Origin: Squalus acanthias
Lineage: Eukaryota
DNA: 64,000 nt
Assembly: GCA_030390025.1 (NCBI GenBank)
Contig: CM059440.1
Coordinates: 21,328,001 to 21,392,000, forward strand
Direction of reading: 5' to 3'
The position numbers and the translations under genes were made by a program. Below the pieces are notes generated by a model. That model was not told where the DNA came from. It ran no database searches and saw only the letters and a program-made list of their open reading frames with translations. This document shows, one piece after another, positions 25,501 through 40,500 of this stretch (positions are counted from its first letter, which is position 1; each line of letters starts with the position of its first letter).

Positions 25501-28500
25501 CCCCACACACAGTCCAACCCCCAGCCAAACTACTGCACCGCCCCACACACAGTCCAACCCCCAGCCAAACTACTGCACCGTCCCACACAGCCCAACCCCC
25601 AGCCAAACTACTGCACCGCCCCACACACAGCCCAACCCCCAGCCAAACTACTGCACCGTCCCACACACAGCCCAACCCCCAAACTACTGCACCGCCCCAC
25701 ACACAGCCCAACCCCACTCCCCCAGCCAAACTACTGCACCGTCCCACACACAGCCCAACCCCCACCAAACTACTGCACCGCCCCACACACAGCCCAACCC
25801 CCACCAAACTACTGCACCGCGCCACACACAGCCCAACCCCCACCAAACTACTGCACCGCCCCACATGCAGCCCCCACTTCCCCACCGCACATACAGCATC
25901 ACCCAGCAAAAGTAACACACACACATACCCATACACCCCCATTGTGGTTAATAGCCTTACTCACCACTTTCCACGTTAGCGCCTGGTTCCAGAATGAGGA
26001 TCCCTCCTCCAGACTGAACAACGTCCCTCCGATTGGAGCCCCGAAGGCCGCCGCAACTCCTGCTGCTGCTCCTGCCGACACAAAGTCCCGCTTGTCCCTG
26101 CGAACCCAACAGAGCCTCTGAGTTATCGTGTCACAGAATCCCACTGCAAACACCAACACTCCAGGTCTCAGCCGCTGAAATAAAACAAGTTGAATACTTT
26201 TCCAGCTACTAGGTTCCCCCTAAATAAAAACCTGACAGCACACAAGAATCCAATCCCGGATTGAATATTCAAATTCAAAGGGGGAATTTTAATCCCGCTC
26301 CACCGACCCAAATCTGCCTCCAATCCGCCCACTTCCGATTTTATCGGAGGCGATTTGTGGGGGCTGCCCTCCAGAGGCGGCCCATCATTTCAATATAGTG
26401 CGGCTGCGTGGCTCAGATTTTAGGACAGTTTTGAATTTAACGGCTGCAGGCCTTATTTCCCAGGGCTCGTGAAACCCGGCAGCTGAAGGGAGGCGAGAAC
26501 AGCCGGATCCAACAGGCAAGTGCCTTTCCAGCACTGCTAGTGGGCCAGGAAGAACAGGAGTGCTTCCCTCCCGGCCCCCCAAGCTAACTTGCTTTCATCC
26601 CCCGCAATCGGACACCACCGCCCCCCCCCCGCCCAATCTCCTCCTAACCCACAAACTCTCCTGTCCTTCCCTCCCTCCTCTCCTCAGCTGCACCCTGGTG
26701 CCGCAGGCTTTCCCGCCCGACAGCCAGCCAACCAGCATCTCAATATGCTAGCTGCTGGCCGGGAAACAGTCAAAAAATTTAAAATGAGGTCCTGCCATTA
26801 AATTCGGCAGGATTCTGGGAAACCAGCATTTCCAGGTTTCCCGGCCGCTACACCTGCACCCCACCCCCAGCCCCACAAATATCAGGGCCAAAAATCCTCC
26901 CCTCCCCCATCAAACAGTTACAATCTGAATCGGTTGAATCTTAATAACCGGTCACTGTATCGAGGTGGAGCGTGCTGTATTCCGCATGTCTCTCGGGGGG
27001 GGGGGGGGGGAATTCTCTCTCAAGGGTTAGCATTAAACCTGGAGTCAGAAAATGGCAGCAATTTTTAAGGTGCAGTTGAGTGACTGCTTCCTTCATTCTC
27101 CCCGACTCCATAAATCACTGGTTCAGATCGAGAGTATGTGATCTGTTCCCGGGCTCCTGTCAGTGATACTGCGAGATCAGTCGCTGAGCTGCCAGAGAAA
27201 CCAAGGCCCTTCCTCCCTCCCAGTGGAGGTTCTGGCCTTGTCCTGTCCCTTCAGTGGAGACCGTGCAGCTCAGTGTGCAGAGTCACGCGTGCGATTTGTT
27301 ATGAATCAAAACTGCTTCCCACAAACACAATTTTCAATGCGCTTTTTGAACAGGGGCCCCAGCTCTACTGTGCTGTCCATGGTTACGTGCCCAGCACTGT
27401 ACACTCAGACAGTGCAGACACCACAGCAGAACTAACCCCTGTTCCACAGAATGTTGTTAAGACACTCCATATACGTGAATGATGCAGTAAAGTGCACTTT
27501 CTACTGTTCGGTTTCCAAACACATCGGCCCAGCTCACCCTGCATTTGTCAAATAGTTCCCTGAAATTCTTCTAAAAGCAACATGAATCAATACGCTGACT
27601 CCATCAGTTAAAATTAACAGGCCACTAACTTACAGCGACTGATCAAGTCAGACTTGCTTTTACTATATGGGATTCCACGACATTTACCGGTATTTTCAGA
27701 ACTATGTACCACAAACCCTGTCCACTTTTCTCATAGCCCAATAACCCTTCAAGGCTGTTGCATTCAGCACCAAACTTAAAACATCCAACTTTCGTTTCAC
27801 AGTTCTTACCCTGAATGCAATAAATTAATAAATCATTACTAGTTCTCTGGATATTTTTTCCAGTATTGTATTGATAAACCACATCTTCAAACATTTAACA
27901 TAACTCAGCTTTATACAACGGTGGCAACAGAAATGAGCACCTTTCAGCGATTTCAAACAGTCTTGGTCCTCAAATGGTTCATAACCACCTGAATGAGCGA
28001 AAATGAAATGATTCAGCTCCCATTTGATTAAGGATGGTTACATACAGCAGGCGGTTTTGAGGCTCTGCAAGTTTAAACTGATAGAAGAGGAACTGATTAC
28101 ATTTCAGTAAAATCCAGGATTTGGAGACGCGAAGGGTTCCTACCTGTCGCTGCGGAAATACGGGAAGTTGAACTGGATCTTGTGGAAAGTGATGCTCTGA
28201 AACTATTCCAGGGGAGGCAAAAAAGCGAAGCAAGCATCAGACACGAAGCAAAACACTGCAACACGCAGAAACCCGCTCTGCCCCACACACACCCCACCCA
28301 GCCACATGCACCCCGCTCCGCGAGCCCCAAAAAACTCACTCTGCCCCGCCCCGCACAGACTCAGTAGTTTCTTTGACTTCTGCATCTTTGTAACAAAATT
28401 AAAATCCTGAAAGATTTGCCATGGTTTTATTTTAGTCAAAAAATATCACAAATCCCAAACAGCGCTAGATATTTACAGAACTCCTCACCACACACTAAGA

Positions 28501-31500
28501 CATTGGACAGATTCACAAACTCTGGAATATGGGAAAGAATGGGTGAAAGCTGGAACCTTGCAAATCACTGCTGCAGCATTCCCAAGCTCATTCTGTAATA
28601 GTCAGTGTGCTTCCTGCACCCCAGGACTCCCGCAGTGCTGGACTGCGCCACACGGTGGTTAGTGTTCTGAACAAGGCCTGGTCCAACAACACACACAGCA
28701 TTAACTCAGCTGAAGGCAGGAACAAGGTGAGTTCAGTTAACTGAGCATGGAGCCGGCTCGGTACCACACTGGGCCAGTTACCCAAACAAACCAGGAGGAG
28801 GGGGACTTCTAACCAAAGATCCAGTAAATTTATTGTACCACCAGGCAAGATCCTCAAAAAATGACTGGGGTGGGGGGATTTTTTTTGGGGGGGGGAGGGA
28901 GAGAGAGATCTGCTTGAAGGGTATCCGGTTTGAGGGGAAACCTGGTTTTGGTGGTGGGGGGGGGGGGGAACATTGGGTAACGTGACTTAATGCAACTACT
29001 TTAAACGCTCCATAAATCAATATTTTAAGCTTAACTACAGAACCAAAAGAACCTCAGGAGTAACTAACCCGACAATTTGGAGGCACAAATGATTAAAGAG
29101 AGTCACATCCCAAACACATTACATGTAAACGCAGATACATTCCGTTACCTGCCGGCTCCGCTCACTCACCTGGGGCAGCCCTGCTCCCACCACTGCTCCA
29201 CTGTGAATCATCGGGCCTTCCTTCCCCACAAATAGTCCTGGAAAACAAAATCACATAAAAAAGTTTGTACGGGGAGCACCAGACACTGCCCGAGACAGCG
29301 GGGCGAGAGGCAGCACCCACTGGCGAGGGAAACAGCCTCACACCAAGAGAATTGAATCAGCTCAAACTACAGCAGGACAAGAGGTGACCAAGTGCCTGCT
29401 CATAGTCAGGAAACCTGGGAAATACTGTTTCTGCTACACTCCAGGAACTCATGATAATTAAAAACCCACTGCATTTCCACATTGAGCTCCCAGGTCCAAT
29501 AAAAACAAAATCTGTTGTATTTAATCATGTGTCAGCGATCCCTACAAACTAGAAAAGAAGCAATGTATTGACACAGTATTTTTTTTTTTTTTTTTTTAAA
29601 AACAGTGGCATGCATTAAAATGCACCTCAACTTGAAACTGTTCCTGCTCAGTTTACACACAGCACACGCGACTTAGTGGAGGAAATCAGGAGGCTTTTAT
29701 TATGGGTCTGTAATTGAATCGCAAGGAGCAGAGAAAGTAAAACCCAACCACTACAGCTTGCCGACTCGCCACACGTGATCCTTCTATCATTTGTATTTAG
29801 CATCATTAAAATGAAACCAACACCTTACTGAGCACCCCGTAATAAACGCACTGCGGGGATGGGTGGGCAGAAACCGATCCACCAACAGTGGCAGCGGGTA
29901 TAACCGAACAGGGGAGCAGAGCGAAGCGACCAAGAGCTTGTTTATTGCACTTTGAGTAACTGGGTAATTCCTGTACAGATATAATTTTACCGCCTGAACT
30001 TTTTAATAATTTACTTTGGTAAAAGCCTGAGCTCCATTAGCACCAAATTAAGTAGAATAAGGAAGGGCTGATAGCGGTCAGCACATTATAAAGCTTGCAG
30101 ATGTCACTCGGGCAGAACAGCAGCATGTCAGACCCACACCAACACAGTGGGAATAAAAGATAGCTTATTTCTGATAAAAGGCCCCACCCAAAATATCAAG
30201 CCGCCTTTATCTCTTGGATTCTGATCAATCTGCTGCATATTTTCTGTATCGTTGCATTTGATGGGGTTGCTTGTGATTGTGATGAGGTTTAGCACATTTC
30301 CCCGAGCCCTGCATCAAACACAGAAACAAACCCGTGCTGTCCTTTACCTCCAGCCACGCAAAAGAGCACGCCCACTGCTTTACAGACCAGGGTCCGCAGC
30401 CTCACGATCCCAGGGATCTTCACCCCATTTAGGTAGCATTTGATTTCAGGAATTCCAGATCCTGCTGCAATGGGCTGTGAAGCAGAAAGACATTTTTCAA
30501 AACAAAGCGATGCCCTCCCCAGCCCTGGCCAAATGACGAGAGCAAGAACAGAACACAGACGGTCATAACCAGCCTGGCCCCTGCAGAGACCACGCAAAAC
30601 TTCTTTGAAGTTTTTGTGCAGGGAGACGGTGACGTGCACTGCCATCAGCAATGCCTGGGCTGAGCAGCAGATAGCGAGAGCAGTGCCCCACTATCTAGGG
30701 ACGCACCAGTGCCCAGGAGACATTGAACATCATTGCTGCCCTGTTATCATTTAACAGTTACATTATTTTTTGATGTAAAACACAAAACAAGCCCAATGTG
30801 GTGGAAACACGCTTGCGATTCTTACCTCAATCAGCACCAACAGGCTGGCCAGGAAAATGAAACCCATGTTGAATGCAAGGATCTCGAGGAGGGAGAGTGC
30901 AAGACAGCCCCGCTCACTGCAATCTTCCACCGCTGCAAGGCATGAAATCAGGGAAAATACACGGCACACAACAGTCAAAATACCTTTGGGATCACAGGTT
31001 CCCTCTACGACCACTGCACTCTCACAATAATCTACATAAACGCACTACCGAAAGCAGAGCAGGGAGACAGCTGGGGTGAGGGGACGAATCAGGGACGCCA
31101 CATTAGAGCAATTCAAAAACTTTAGAAAAACAACCAGGCAGAATTGTCAGGAAAACGTGGGACTCTTGGAGAGGACAGCGAGAACCAACACATCTTCATC
31201 AGAGGGCAATTCCCAGCACTTTCATCATGGGGAGGAGAAATAATCCTATCCTCTCCGTTCCTCGCTCCACACTTCTTTTATTCATTCATTCCTGGGATGT
31301 GGGCGATGCTGGCAAGGTCAGCATGGTGTGTGACTTGGATGGTCACTTGCAGGCGGAGGTGTTCCCATGCTGCCCTAGTCCTTCTAGGTGATGGAGGGAG
31401 TTGATTTGGGAGGTGCTGTCGAAGAAGCCATGCAGGTGCAGCAGGCAGTTAAGAAGGCAAATGGTATGTTGGCCTTCATAGCAAGAGGATTCGAGTACAG

Positions 31501-34500
31501 GAGCAAGGATGTCTTGCTGCAGTTGTACAGGGCATTGGTGAGACCACACCTTGAGTATTGTGTGCAGTTTTGGTCGCCTTATCTGAGGAAGGATGTTCTT
31601 GCCATGGAGGGAGTGCAGCGAAGATTCACCAGACTGATACCTGGGATGGCAGGAATGACGTATGAAGAGAGATTGGGTCGATTAGGCTTATATTCGCTAG
31701 AGTTTAGAAGAATGAGAGGGGATCTCATTGAAACTTATAAAATTCTAACAGGACTAGACAGACTAGATGCAGGAAGGATGTTCCCGATGGCAGGGGACTC
31801 CAGAACCAGGGGTCACAGTCTAAGGATAAGGGGTAAGCCATTTAGGACTGAGATGAGGAGGAATTTCTTCACCCAGAGTGTGGTGAACCTGTGGAATTCT
31901 CTACCACAGAAGACAGTTGAGTCCAATTCATTAAATATATTCAAGAAGGAGTTAGATATATTTCTTAAGGCTAAGGGGATCAAGGGATATGGGGAGAAAG
32001 CAGGGACAGGGTACTGAATTTGGATGATCAGCCATGATTGCATTGAATGGCGGAGCAGGCTTGAGGGGCCGAATGGCCTACTCCTGCTCCTATTTTCTAT
32101 GTTTCTATGCTAAGTTGCTTCAGTGGTTCCTGTTGATGGTACACACTGCAGCCATGGATAATGAAGCTGGTGGATGGGGTGCCGATCAAACAGGTTGCTT
32201 TGTCCTGGATGGTGACGAGCTTTATGAGTATTGTTGCAGTTGCACTCGTGCAGGAAATTGGAGAGCATTCCATCACACTCCTGACTTGTGCCTTGTAGGT
32301 GGTAGAGAGGTTTTGGGGGAGTCAGGATGTGAGCCACTAGTTGCAGAATACCCAGCCTCTGATCTGCTCTAGTAGCCATGGCATGTGTGTGGCTGGTCCA
32401 GTTTATGGTCAATGACGACCCCCCAGGATGTCGATGGGGGTACTCCACGATGGTAATGTCAATGAATGTTAAGGGAACATAGGCACAGGAGTAGGCCATT
32501 CAGCCCCTCGAGCCTGTTTCGCCATTCAAATTGATCATGGCTGATCTGTATCTTAACTCCATCTACCTGCCTTAGTTCCGTAACATTTTCTGAGGAATTG
32601 CGAATGGAGCTGAACACTGTGCAATCATCAGCGAACATCCCCACTTCTCACCTTATGATGGAGGGAAGGTAATTTATGAAGCACTGAAGATGGTTGGGCC
32701 GAGGACACTGCCCTAAGCAACTCCTGCAGCAATGTCCTGGGGCTGATGTGATTGGCCTCCAATGACCACAACCATTTTCCTTGTGCCAGGTATGACTCCA
32801 GCCACTGGAGAGATTTCCCCCTGATCCCCACTAACCTCAACTTTACTAGGGCTCCTTGGTGCCACACTCGGTCAAAAGCTGCCTTGCTGTCTAGGGCAGT
32901 CACTCAACTCCAGCTCTTTTCTCCATGTTTGGAACAAAGCTGTAATGAGGTCTGGAGCCAAGTGGTCCTGGCAGAACCCAAACTGAGCATCAGTGAGCAG
33001 ATTATTGGTGAGCAAGTGCTGCTTGATAGCATTGTCGATGACACCTTCAATCACTGTGCTGATGATTGAGAGTAGGCTGATAGGGCGGTAATTGGCTACA
33101 TTGTATTTGTCCTGCTTTTTGTGGACAGGACATACCTGGGCAATTTTCCACATTGTTGGCTGGATGCCAGTGTTATAACTGCACTGGAACAGCTTGGCTA
33201 GAGGCACGGCTAGTTCTGGATTACATTCCAGCTGTAACTCCCTCCTGGCTATCGGTCATTCTATATTCTCTCTCTCTTACACACTGATTCTCCTCGAGTC
33301 ATTCTCCAGGTCCTGACATTACTGCAAGTGAAAGGATACATTGCCCAATAATTTGGTACTTGAGGTCTGAGAAGAGATGAACAAAGTAATCGATGAAGAG
33401 CCCAACCTGAAACAAAGCAGAGTGAAATAGTCATTTAAAAACAGTTAATGAAATCCAATCACCACAAGCGGTGGCTGGCAGTTTATTATCTGTCTCCGAA
33501 CACCCCTCAGTGCCTGACCCTTTAACAGAAAAGCTGTGTCAGATTGGCTCAGTTTGTAGCACTCCTGTCAGAGTCAGAAGATCATGGGTTCAAGCCCCAC
33601 TACAGTACTTAATCACATAATCCAGGCTGACACTCCACTGCAGTACCGAGGGAATGCTGCATGGTTGGAGGTGCTGTCTTTCGGATGAGGCATCAAGCTC
33701 TTCAAGTAAATATTGAAGATCCCAGGCAGTCTTCCTGATGTCCCGGCCAACATTCCTCCCTCAACCAACACCACAAAGAGCAAATTAATTGGTCACTCAG
33801 CTCATTACTGTTTATGGGATTTTGCTGTGTGTTGCCACATTCACCCGCATTTCAAAGTAATTCACTGTATGTGAAGCACTTTGAGAAGTATCCCAACATT
33901 TGAAAAGCAGGATAAGGTGCTATATAAGGCGCTATAGAGTAGGACCTGTGGGGACTGGTGTGAGATGATGTTCAGGACAAATGCTCTTAGCTGAACACTG
34001 TGCAAATGGGAATGTTAGCACCTCAGTTAACAGCAAATCCTTACTTACATATTTCATTTATATTAACACAAAACAACTTGCATTTATATAGCGCCTTTAA
34101 CATAGTAAAACATCCTAAGGCGCTTCACACCAATTACCAAACAAAATTTGACACCAAGCCACATTAGGAGATATTAAGACAGCTTGGTCAAAGAGGTAGG
34201 TTTTAAGGAGCGTCTTCAAGGAGGAGAGAGAGGCGGAGAGGTTTAGGGAGGGAATTCCAGAGCTTAGGGCCCAGACAGCTGAAAGCACGGCCACCAATGG
34301 TGGCGTGATTAAAATAGGGGGTGCGCAAGAGGCCAGAGTTGGAGGAGCGCAGAGATCTCGGAGGGTTGTAGGAGGTTAGAGAGATAGGGAGGGGCGAGGC
34401 CATGGAGGGATTTGAAAATAAGGATGAGAATTTTAAAATTCAAAACAAATGTATAACAAACATAACCACCAACAATCTGTAGAAACAATAAGTGACAAAT

Positions 34501-37500
34501 AATGATGTATAATACACAGGAATTCTGCACTCCCACAGAGGAATAATGATAGCATCCTTCCCCAGACTGGGAGGCAAATCACCCCAGGCCAACAGGGGCC
34601 ATGTCTGCCCAGAAAGTTCACAGTTGTGAAATACAAAGGGTGGAAGGATGAGGCTGATGACTGTGATCATTACCCAGGGTTAGCAGCCCAGTGCCCGCTC
34701 GGTCTGCCCCATGCCACAGCAATGCCATTCTCCCTTTGATACCAGGAGAGTCAAAGTCAGTTGGCCAACACTGGGAAGGTGAGGCATTCCATTCAACAGA
34801 AACACCGACCTCCCAGAAGCAGCCACTCAAACTGCCAGTGATTGTCTTGCTCTTAGTTTATATTAAACACATATTTGCAAAGTGACACCAAGAACTCACT
34901 CACCAAACCAGTGCAGGCACCGATACAAAATACTAGCATCCATTTCACCAGCTCGTATCTCCTGACTCTCTGTTTAAATGAAACAAAGTTAACGACAGCA
35001 GCCACACACAGTGATCAAAACAAACTGAAAGCAGACTTAACAGTAGAGGGGTGGGTTAGTGTGGCAAAAGGGAAGTATTTTTGTCTAATTTTAGTTTGGT
35101 AGCAAGAACAAAAAATGGTGAAAACACTCAGCCAGTCAGTCAGCATCTGTGGAGGGAGAAACAGTTAATGTTTCAGGTGTGCATCAAGGGGTCTGTACCT
35201 GGAATGTTAACCTGTCTGTTCCCTCCACAGATGCTGACTGACCTGCTGAGTATTCCCAACATTTTCTGTTTTTGCTTTGGTTTATTTAGTTTGGTAATAT
35301 TTAATTCAATCACAATACTAAAGGGTTGATGTCAGCAAGCAGTTCGTCACACAAAGGGTAGTGGAAATCTGAAACTTTCTCCCCCAAAAAGCTATTGAGG
35401 CTGGGGGCAATTGAAAATTTCAAAACGGAGATTGATAAGATTTTTGTTTGGCAGGGGTATTAAGGGTTAAGAAACCAAGGCAGGCAAATGGAGTTCAGAT
35501 ACAGATCAGCCAAGATCGAATTGAATGGCGGAGCAGGTTTGAGGGGCTGAATGGCCTCCTCCCGTTCCTAGTTTATAAATATTCCTTGAGCGCAGCTGAC
35601 TGGATGCATCATGGGAAATTAGGTGCCCTGCACACGCGCTCAGGGTGCATGCACGCTTCAAATGCAGATTTAGGCAAAAATATCAAGTCTAAGCTCAAGC
35701 TTTTGAGAGAGGATGAGGCCTCCAAATTAAACACATTAGTGAAGGTACTAAAAGGTACAAATACTATCCCACGGATAAGGTTAATCATGTTATACTGAAA
35801 TGTGTCACTTCTGATTTGTTTCTAAGGTTTCTTTAAACCCTTATTTTGGATTGTAGAAATTTCAGTTACTGAGGAAAAATAAATAAAATCACAAATCAAC
35901 TTTTCAGAGTGATTTGCGGAGAAAAAGAATACAGCGTCAGCGGTGTCCCGGGTGCAGAAATAAACCTCCATTTATACAGCCTTTCACAGCCTCAGGATGT
36001 CCCAAAGTGCTTCACCGCCAATCAAGAACTTTTGAGTTTAGTCACTATTGTAATGTAGGGAAAAAATGCAGCCAATTTTCACACAGCAAGATCCCACAAA
36101 CAGCAATGAGATAAGTGACCAAATAATCTCTTCCAGTGCAGTTGGTTATGGGATAAATTTTGGCTGGGACACCAGGAGAACTGCCCTGCTCTTATCTGAA
36201 CAGCGAGAGGGGATCAGCTGTCCACTTCAGGGGGCAAAGGGGCCTTAGTTTAACCTCTCATCCGAATATCCCCACCTCCAACACTCCCAATGCCAGCCTA
36301 GATTCTGCGCTCAAGTCTCTGGAGTGGGGCTGTAACCCATGACTTTCTGAATCAGATGCAAGAGTGCTCCCACTGAGCCAAGACTGGCACTGTTTATAGA
36401 GGTGGTTTTTATTCTAATTGGGGACATAGGGATTTATAATGGGAAAACGATGACACAAAAGTGTAGCAAAAAGTAAGGCTTTGTAGACAGGAAATGCAAA
36501 AGATATTAAGATGTAATAGATATGGCCGCTGTTCAATAAATTTACTTGAGAGTTATTGCCTGAAATGAGGTTTGATGTAAATGCTCTGCTGCTTTCCAAA
36601 GACAACGCCTGAGGATAGATCCATGAGCCAAGGAAAATTTTAAAGAAAGGCTTTCTGTTCATTATCCTGGGCAAATTAACTAAATATACACAGATATCTG
36701 AACCAGTGAAAGTGCTGTCAAGGCAGTGAGGTTGCAAAATCTAAGTTCAGGATAAGAAAAGCACAAAAAGTGCAACAGCAGTTTCTCAGTGTACCTTGTT
36801 ATCCAGCGTTTCCAGCACCTCCAGGTATGGCTCATTGATGCACTTATCATAATCCAAACTCTGCCAAGAAAAGAGAAACCATCAGCACACCAGAAAGAGA
36901 ATGCTTAGAAAGAAAGATTCCAACAGGGGCGGAACAAACTGGGAATCCACTGCAACTGTGCTGTCATTTCACTACAATCATGAAACTTGCCGTGAGGATT
37001 CCATCTGGAGTACGATTAGGGAGCAGACAGTGAGCCACTGCCAGCACCAGGGCTGGCCAAAATCAGAATCAAAATACCTGCATACAATGTAATCATTAAT
37101 ACTATACATAATAATATAAAAAGCAGCAACTCACTTAAAAATCATGATTTAATCTTGGGGTTCAAGTCATTTATAAATCGCTTGATAGCCTTAGCCATGA
37201 AAGTGATGACTGTGCTCATTCCGGGCTATGTTATTCTATATGTAAACCACTCGAACCCCTCGATTAGATCCCAGCCTGCAACTCACATCTCGGGTATCTG
37301 TTATTGTGTATATATACACACACCACTCAAAGACTTCAATTAGATACCAGCCTGTAACTCACTCCTGGGTATTCTATCTGTGAACTATCAGAACACTCTG
37401 TTTCCGGGTTACGTTGTTGCACAGTATAAATGTACCAATTTATCGTGGCTCCCTATTGCTGCTCTTCTGAAATCACTGCCGTAATGTGATGACTGTGTGA

Positions 37501-40500
37501 CTCCTAAAGACAGTGTTCAAGGGGAACTTCCAGCTATAACAAAGCCTGTCTTCCAGATCTACTGCAATACCAGTCACACACAGCACTTCTGGCAATGTGA
37601 AGATTAGAATTGCAAATGCAAATTCAGGTTTAAACAAGAGTTTCTCCGTATTCAGATTGCAATATTGTACACCAGCAGATTTAACAAGGGTAACTAATCT
37701 ATTCAAGACAGCATGTGCCAGAACTCCTTCCCCATGGATATAAGATGAGGCCGGCGGGAGTTTGAAAGAACATCTGTTGAGCAAAGAGGGAGCTGCCAGC
37801 TGACTTGAGTTTTATTAAAACATTAAACCATTTGGTCTTTGAACAGACACGTGTACGGCCTAATGGTACCTCAAAAATCTCTCTTGGACTGAGCTTTGTG
37901 GCACAGCAGAAGTGTGGGAGCAGTTAGTCTGTCTGAGCTCCCAGCTGATGACAGTGCGCGGCTGGGGAAACTCAAAAATGGAGGGAAGAAAATGAATGAT
38001 AAAAAACAGTTGCCGGTTCCCTCCCTCCCCCAGAGTATATGTAGCAGATGTGCAGCACACAGGAACAAATGATGGTTGGATGCACACTTCCCCTGCACCA
38101 GTTCACTTTTATACCTCATAATCTTTCCGTGGCAGAATTTCATCCTCTTCCTCCTGTGTCTCTCCCAGAATAGTCTGTCACAAATAAAGAGAGTTTTGCA
38201 TTAATTCCAGTCCAGTTAAATACCAGTCAATCAAGAGCCCAATAACTGGAATATCAGCTTTGCTTTCTCTTCTCAAAGGGCCTGACATAAATTGATGAAT
38301 TCCGATGATAGCAGTTGTAGAAATATAAAGTTTTACAGAAACTGAACAGCTGACTCACAACAGACTACACGTCCCCTCCTCACCATTGCATTATCCCCAT
38401 ATAAACCACCACCTATATAATGCTGGGAGTCAGCTGAAATTTGCGAGTCTGAGATCGTTAGATATTTTTTGGGTAAGGGTATCAAGCGATCTGGGGAAAA
38501 GGCAGGTAAATGGAGTGGAAGTACAGAACAGCCATGATCTAATTGAACAGGCTCAACGGGCTGAATGGCTCACTCCTCCCATGTACCCTCAGCATGACAC
38601 TCTGTACTCACTACCCTTGTTCTTTCTTCCTTATTTCCATTCAGAATCATCACAGCATCATGGTCAGTGGCCAAATTGCAGCAGGTCAAGAATAAACAAA
38701 CACAGGAAATGTTCACTATCTACCATCAGTCAGGGCACTGACTGGAGCACTGTGATCTCACGATCAGTCAGCTGCAGCCTTTCAACCCCCGCTGACCAGG
38801 GGCTTTAACGCTCTGCTACCCGCCCCCACCCACCCTGTTGACCGGGGGGCTGTAACCCTCCAATACCCTCCCCACTGACTAGGGGCTGTAACCCTCCGAT
38901 ACCCACCGCGCTGACCAGGGGCTATAACCATCCAATACCCCCCTCCCCGCTGACCGGGGGCTATAACCCTCAGATGCTCCCCCACCCTGCTGACCTGACC
39001 AGAGGCAGTAACACTCCGAAAACACCCCCCCCCCTCCCACCCCACCCCGCTGACGGGGGGCTGTAACCCTCCAATGCTTCCCCCCCCGGGAGCTATAACC
39101 ATCCGATAACCCCCCACCCCGCTGACCAGGGGTTGTAACCCTCCGATACCCGCCCCTCCCAACCCTGCTGACCAGGGCTTGAAGCCTTCAATACCTCCCC
39201 AACACCAAGTTTGGAAATATTACATCACTAATCCACTATCCTCCTGCAACAAACCCATTCCATCTCTGAGCCCGGGAACATTGGAAACGTTACCCATTAC
39301 TCTCCTCACTCAGGTCCCTGAGGAGTTACCACAGTTAACGCTAAACATCACATTACGTGCGGACTCACTCGGAGTTTCATTAGTGGCTCAGAAAAAAAAA
39401 TTGGAAAACAGATAGACAAGAACATAATAAATAGGAGCAGGAGTAGGCCATACAGGCCTCTTGCGCCTGCTCAGCCATTCAATAAGATCATAGAAGCATA
39501 GAAGATAGGAGTAGGCCATTCGGCCCCTCGAGCCTGCTCTGCCATTTAATGAGATCATGGCTGATCATCCAAATTCAGTACCCTGTCCCTGCTTTCTCCC
39601 CATATCCCTTGATCCCTTTAGCCTTAAGAAGTATATCTATCTCCTTCTTGAATATATTTAATGAATTGGCCTCAACTGCCTTCTGTGGTAGAGAATTCCA
39701 CAGATTCACCACTCTCTGGGTGAAGAAATTCCTCCTCATCTCAGTCCTAAATGGCTTACCCCTTATCCTTAGACTGTGACCTCTGGTTCTGGACTCCCCC
39801 GCCATCGGGAACATCCTTCCCGCATCTAGTCTGTCTAGTCCTGTTAGAATTTTATAAGTTTCAATTAGATCCCCTCTCATTCTTCTAAACTCTAGCGAAT
39901 ATAAGCCTAATCGACCCAAAATCTCTTCATACGTCATTCCTGCCATCCCAGGTATCAGTCTGGTAAATCTTCACTGCACTCCCTCCATGGCAAGAACATC
40001 CTTCCTCAGATAAGGCGACCAAAACTGCACACAATACTCAAGGTGTGGTCTCACCAAGGCCTTGTACAACTGCAGCAAGACATCCTTGCTCCTGTACTCG
40101 AATCCTCTCGCTATGAAGGCCAACATACCATTTGCCTTCTTAACCGCCTGCTGCACCTGCATGCTTACCTTCAGCGACTGGTGCACAAGGACTCCCAGAT
40201 CTCGTTGCACTTCCCCTTTTCCCAATCTATTGCCGTTCAGATAATAATCTGTCTTCCTGTTTTTGCCACCGAAGTGGATAACCTCGCATTTATCCACATT
40301 ATACTGCATCTGCCCAATCACCCAACCTGTCCAAATCATACTGGAGTTTCTCTGCCTCCTCCTCACAGCACACACGCCCACCCAGCTTTGTGTCGTCTGC
40401 AAACTTGGAGATATTACATCTAGTTCCCTCATCTAGATCATTAATATATATTGTGAATAGCTGGGGTCCTAGCACCAATCCCTGCAGTACCCCACTAGTC

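Larger units (their letters stand above)
30933..33339 (-). other. U12-type (minor spliceosome) GT-AG intron, CLCN6 intron 5
   Basis: Donor GTATCCTTT. Branch-site-like TTCCCTGAT (30955-30947) has its A about 16 nt before the 3' splice site. Confidence 0.88.

Noticed and set aside
25279-26121. 280-aa Pro/Thr/His-rich ORF
   Set aside because: It is the 40-bp minisatellite plus the antisense of CLCN6 exon 10.
26280-26890. GC-rich block resembling a non-autonomous DNA-transposon remnant (similar impression near 43850-44110 and 56600-57300)
   Set aside because: I could not define convincing TIRs, TSDs or transposase peptides by eye.
31388-32017. 209-aa ORF, and similar RT ORFs at 39.5-40.9, 47.3-48.7 and 62.7-63.7 kb, as possible genes or active LINEs
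   Set aside because: All are truncated CR1 ORF2 pieces, most with stops or frameshifts. None is full length.
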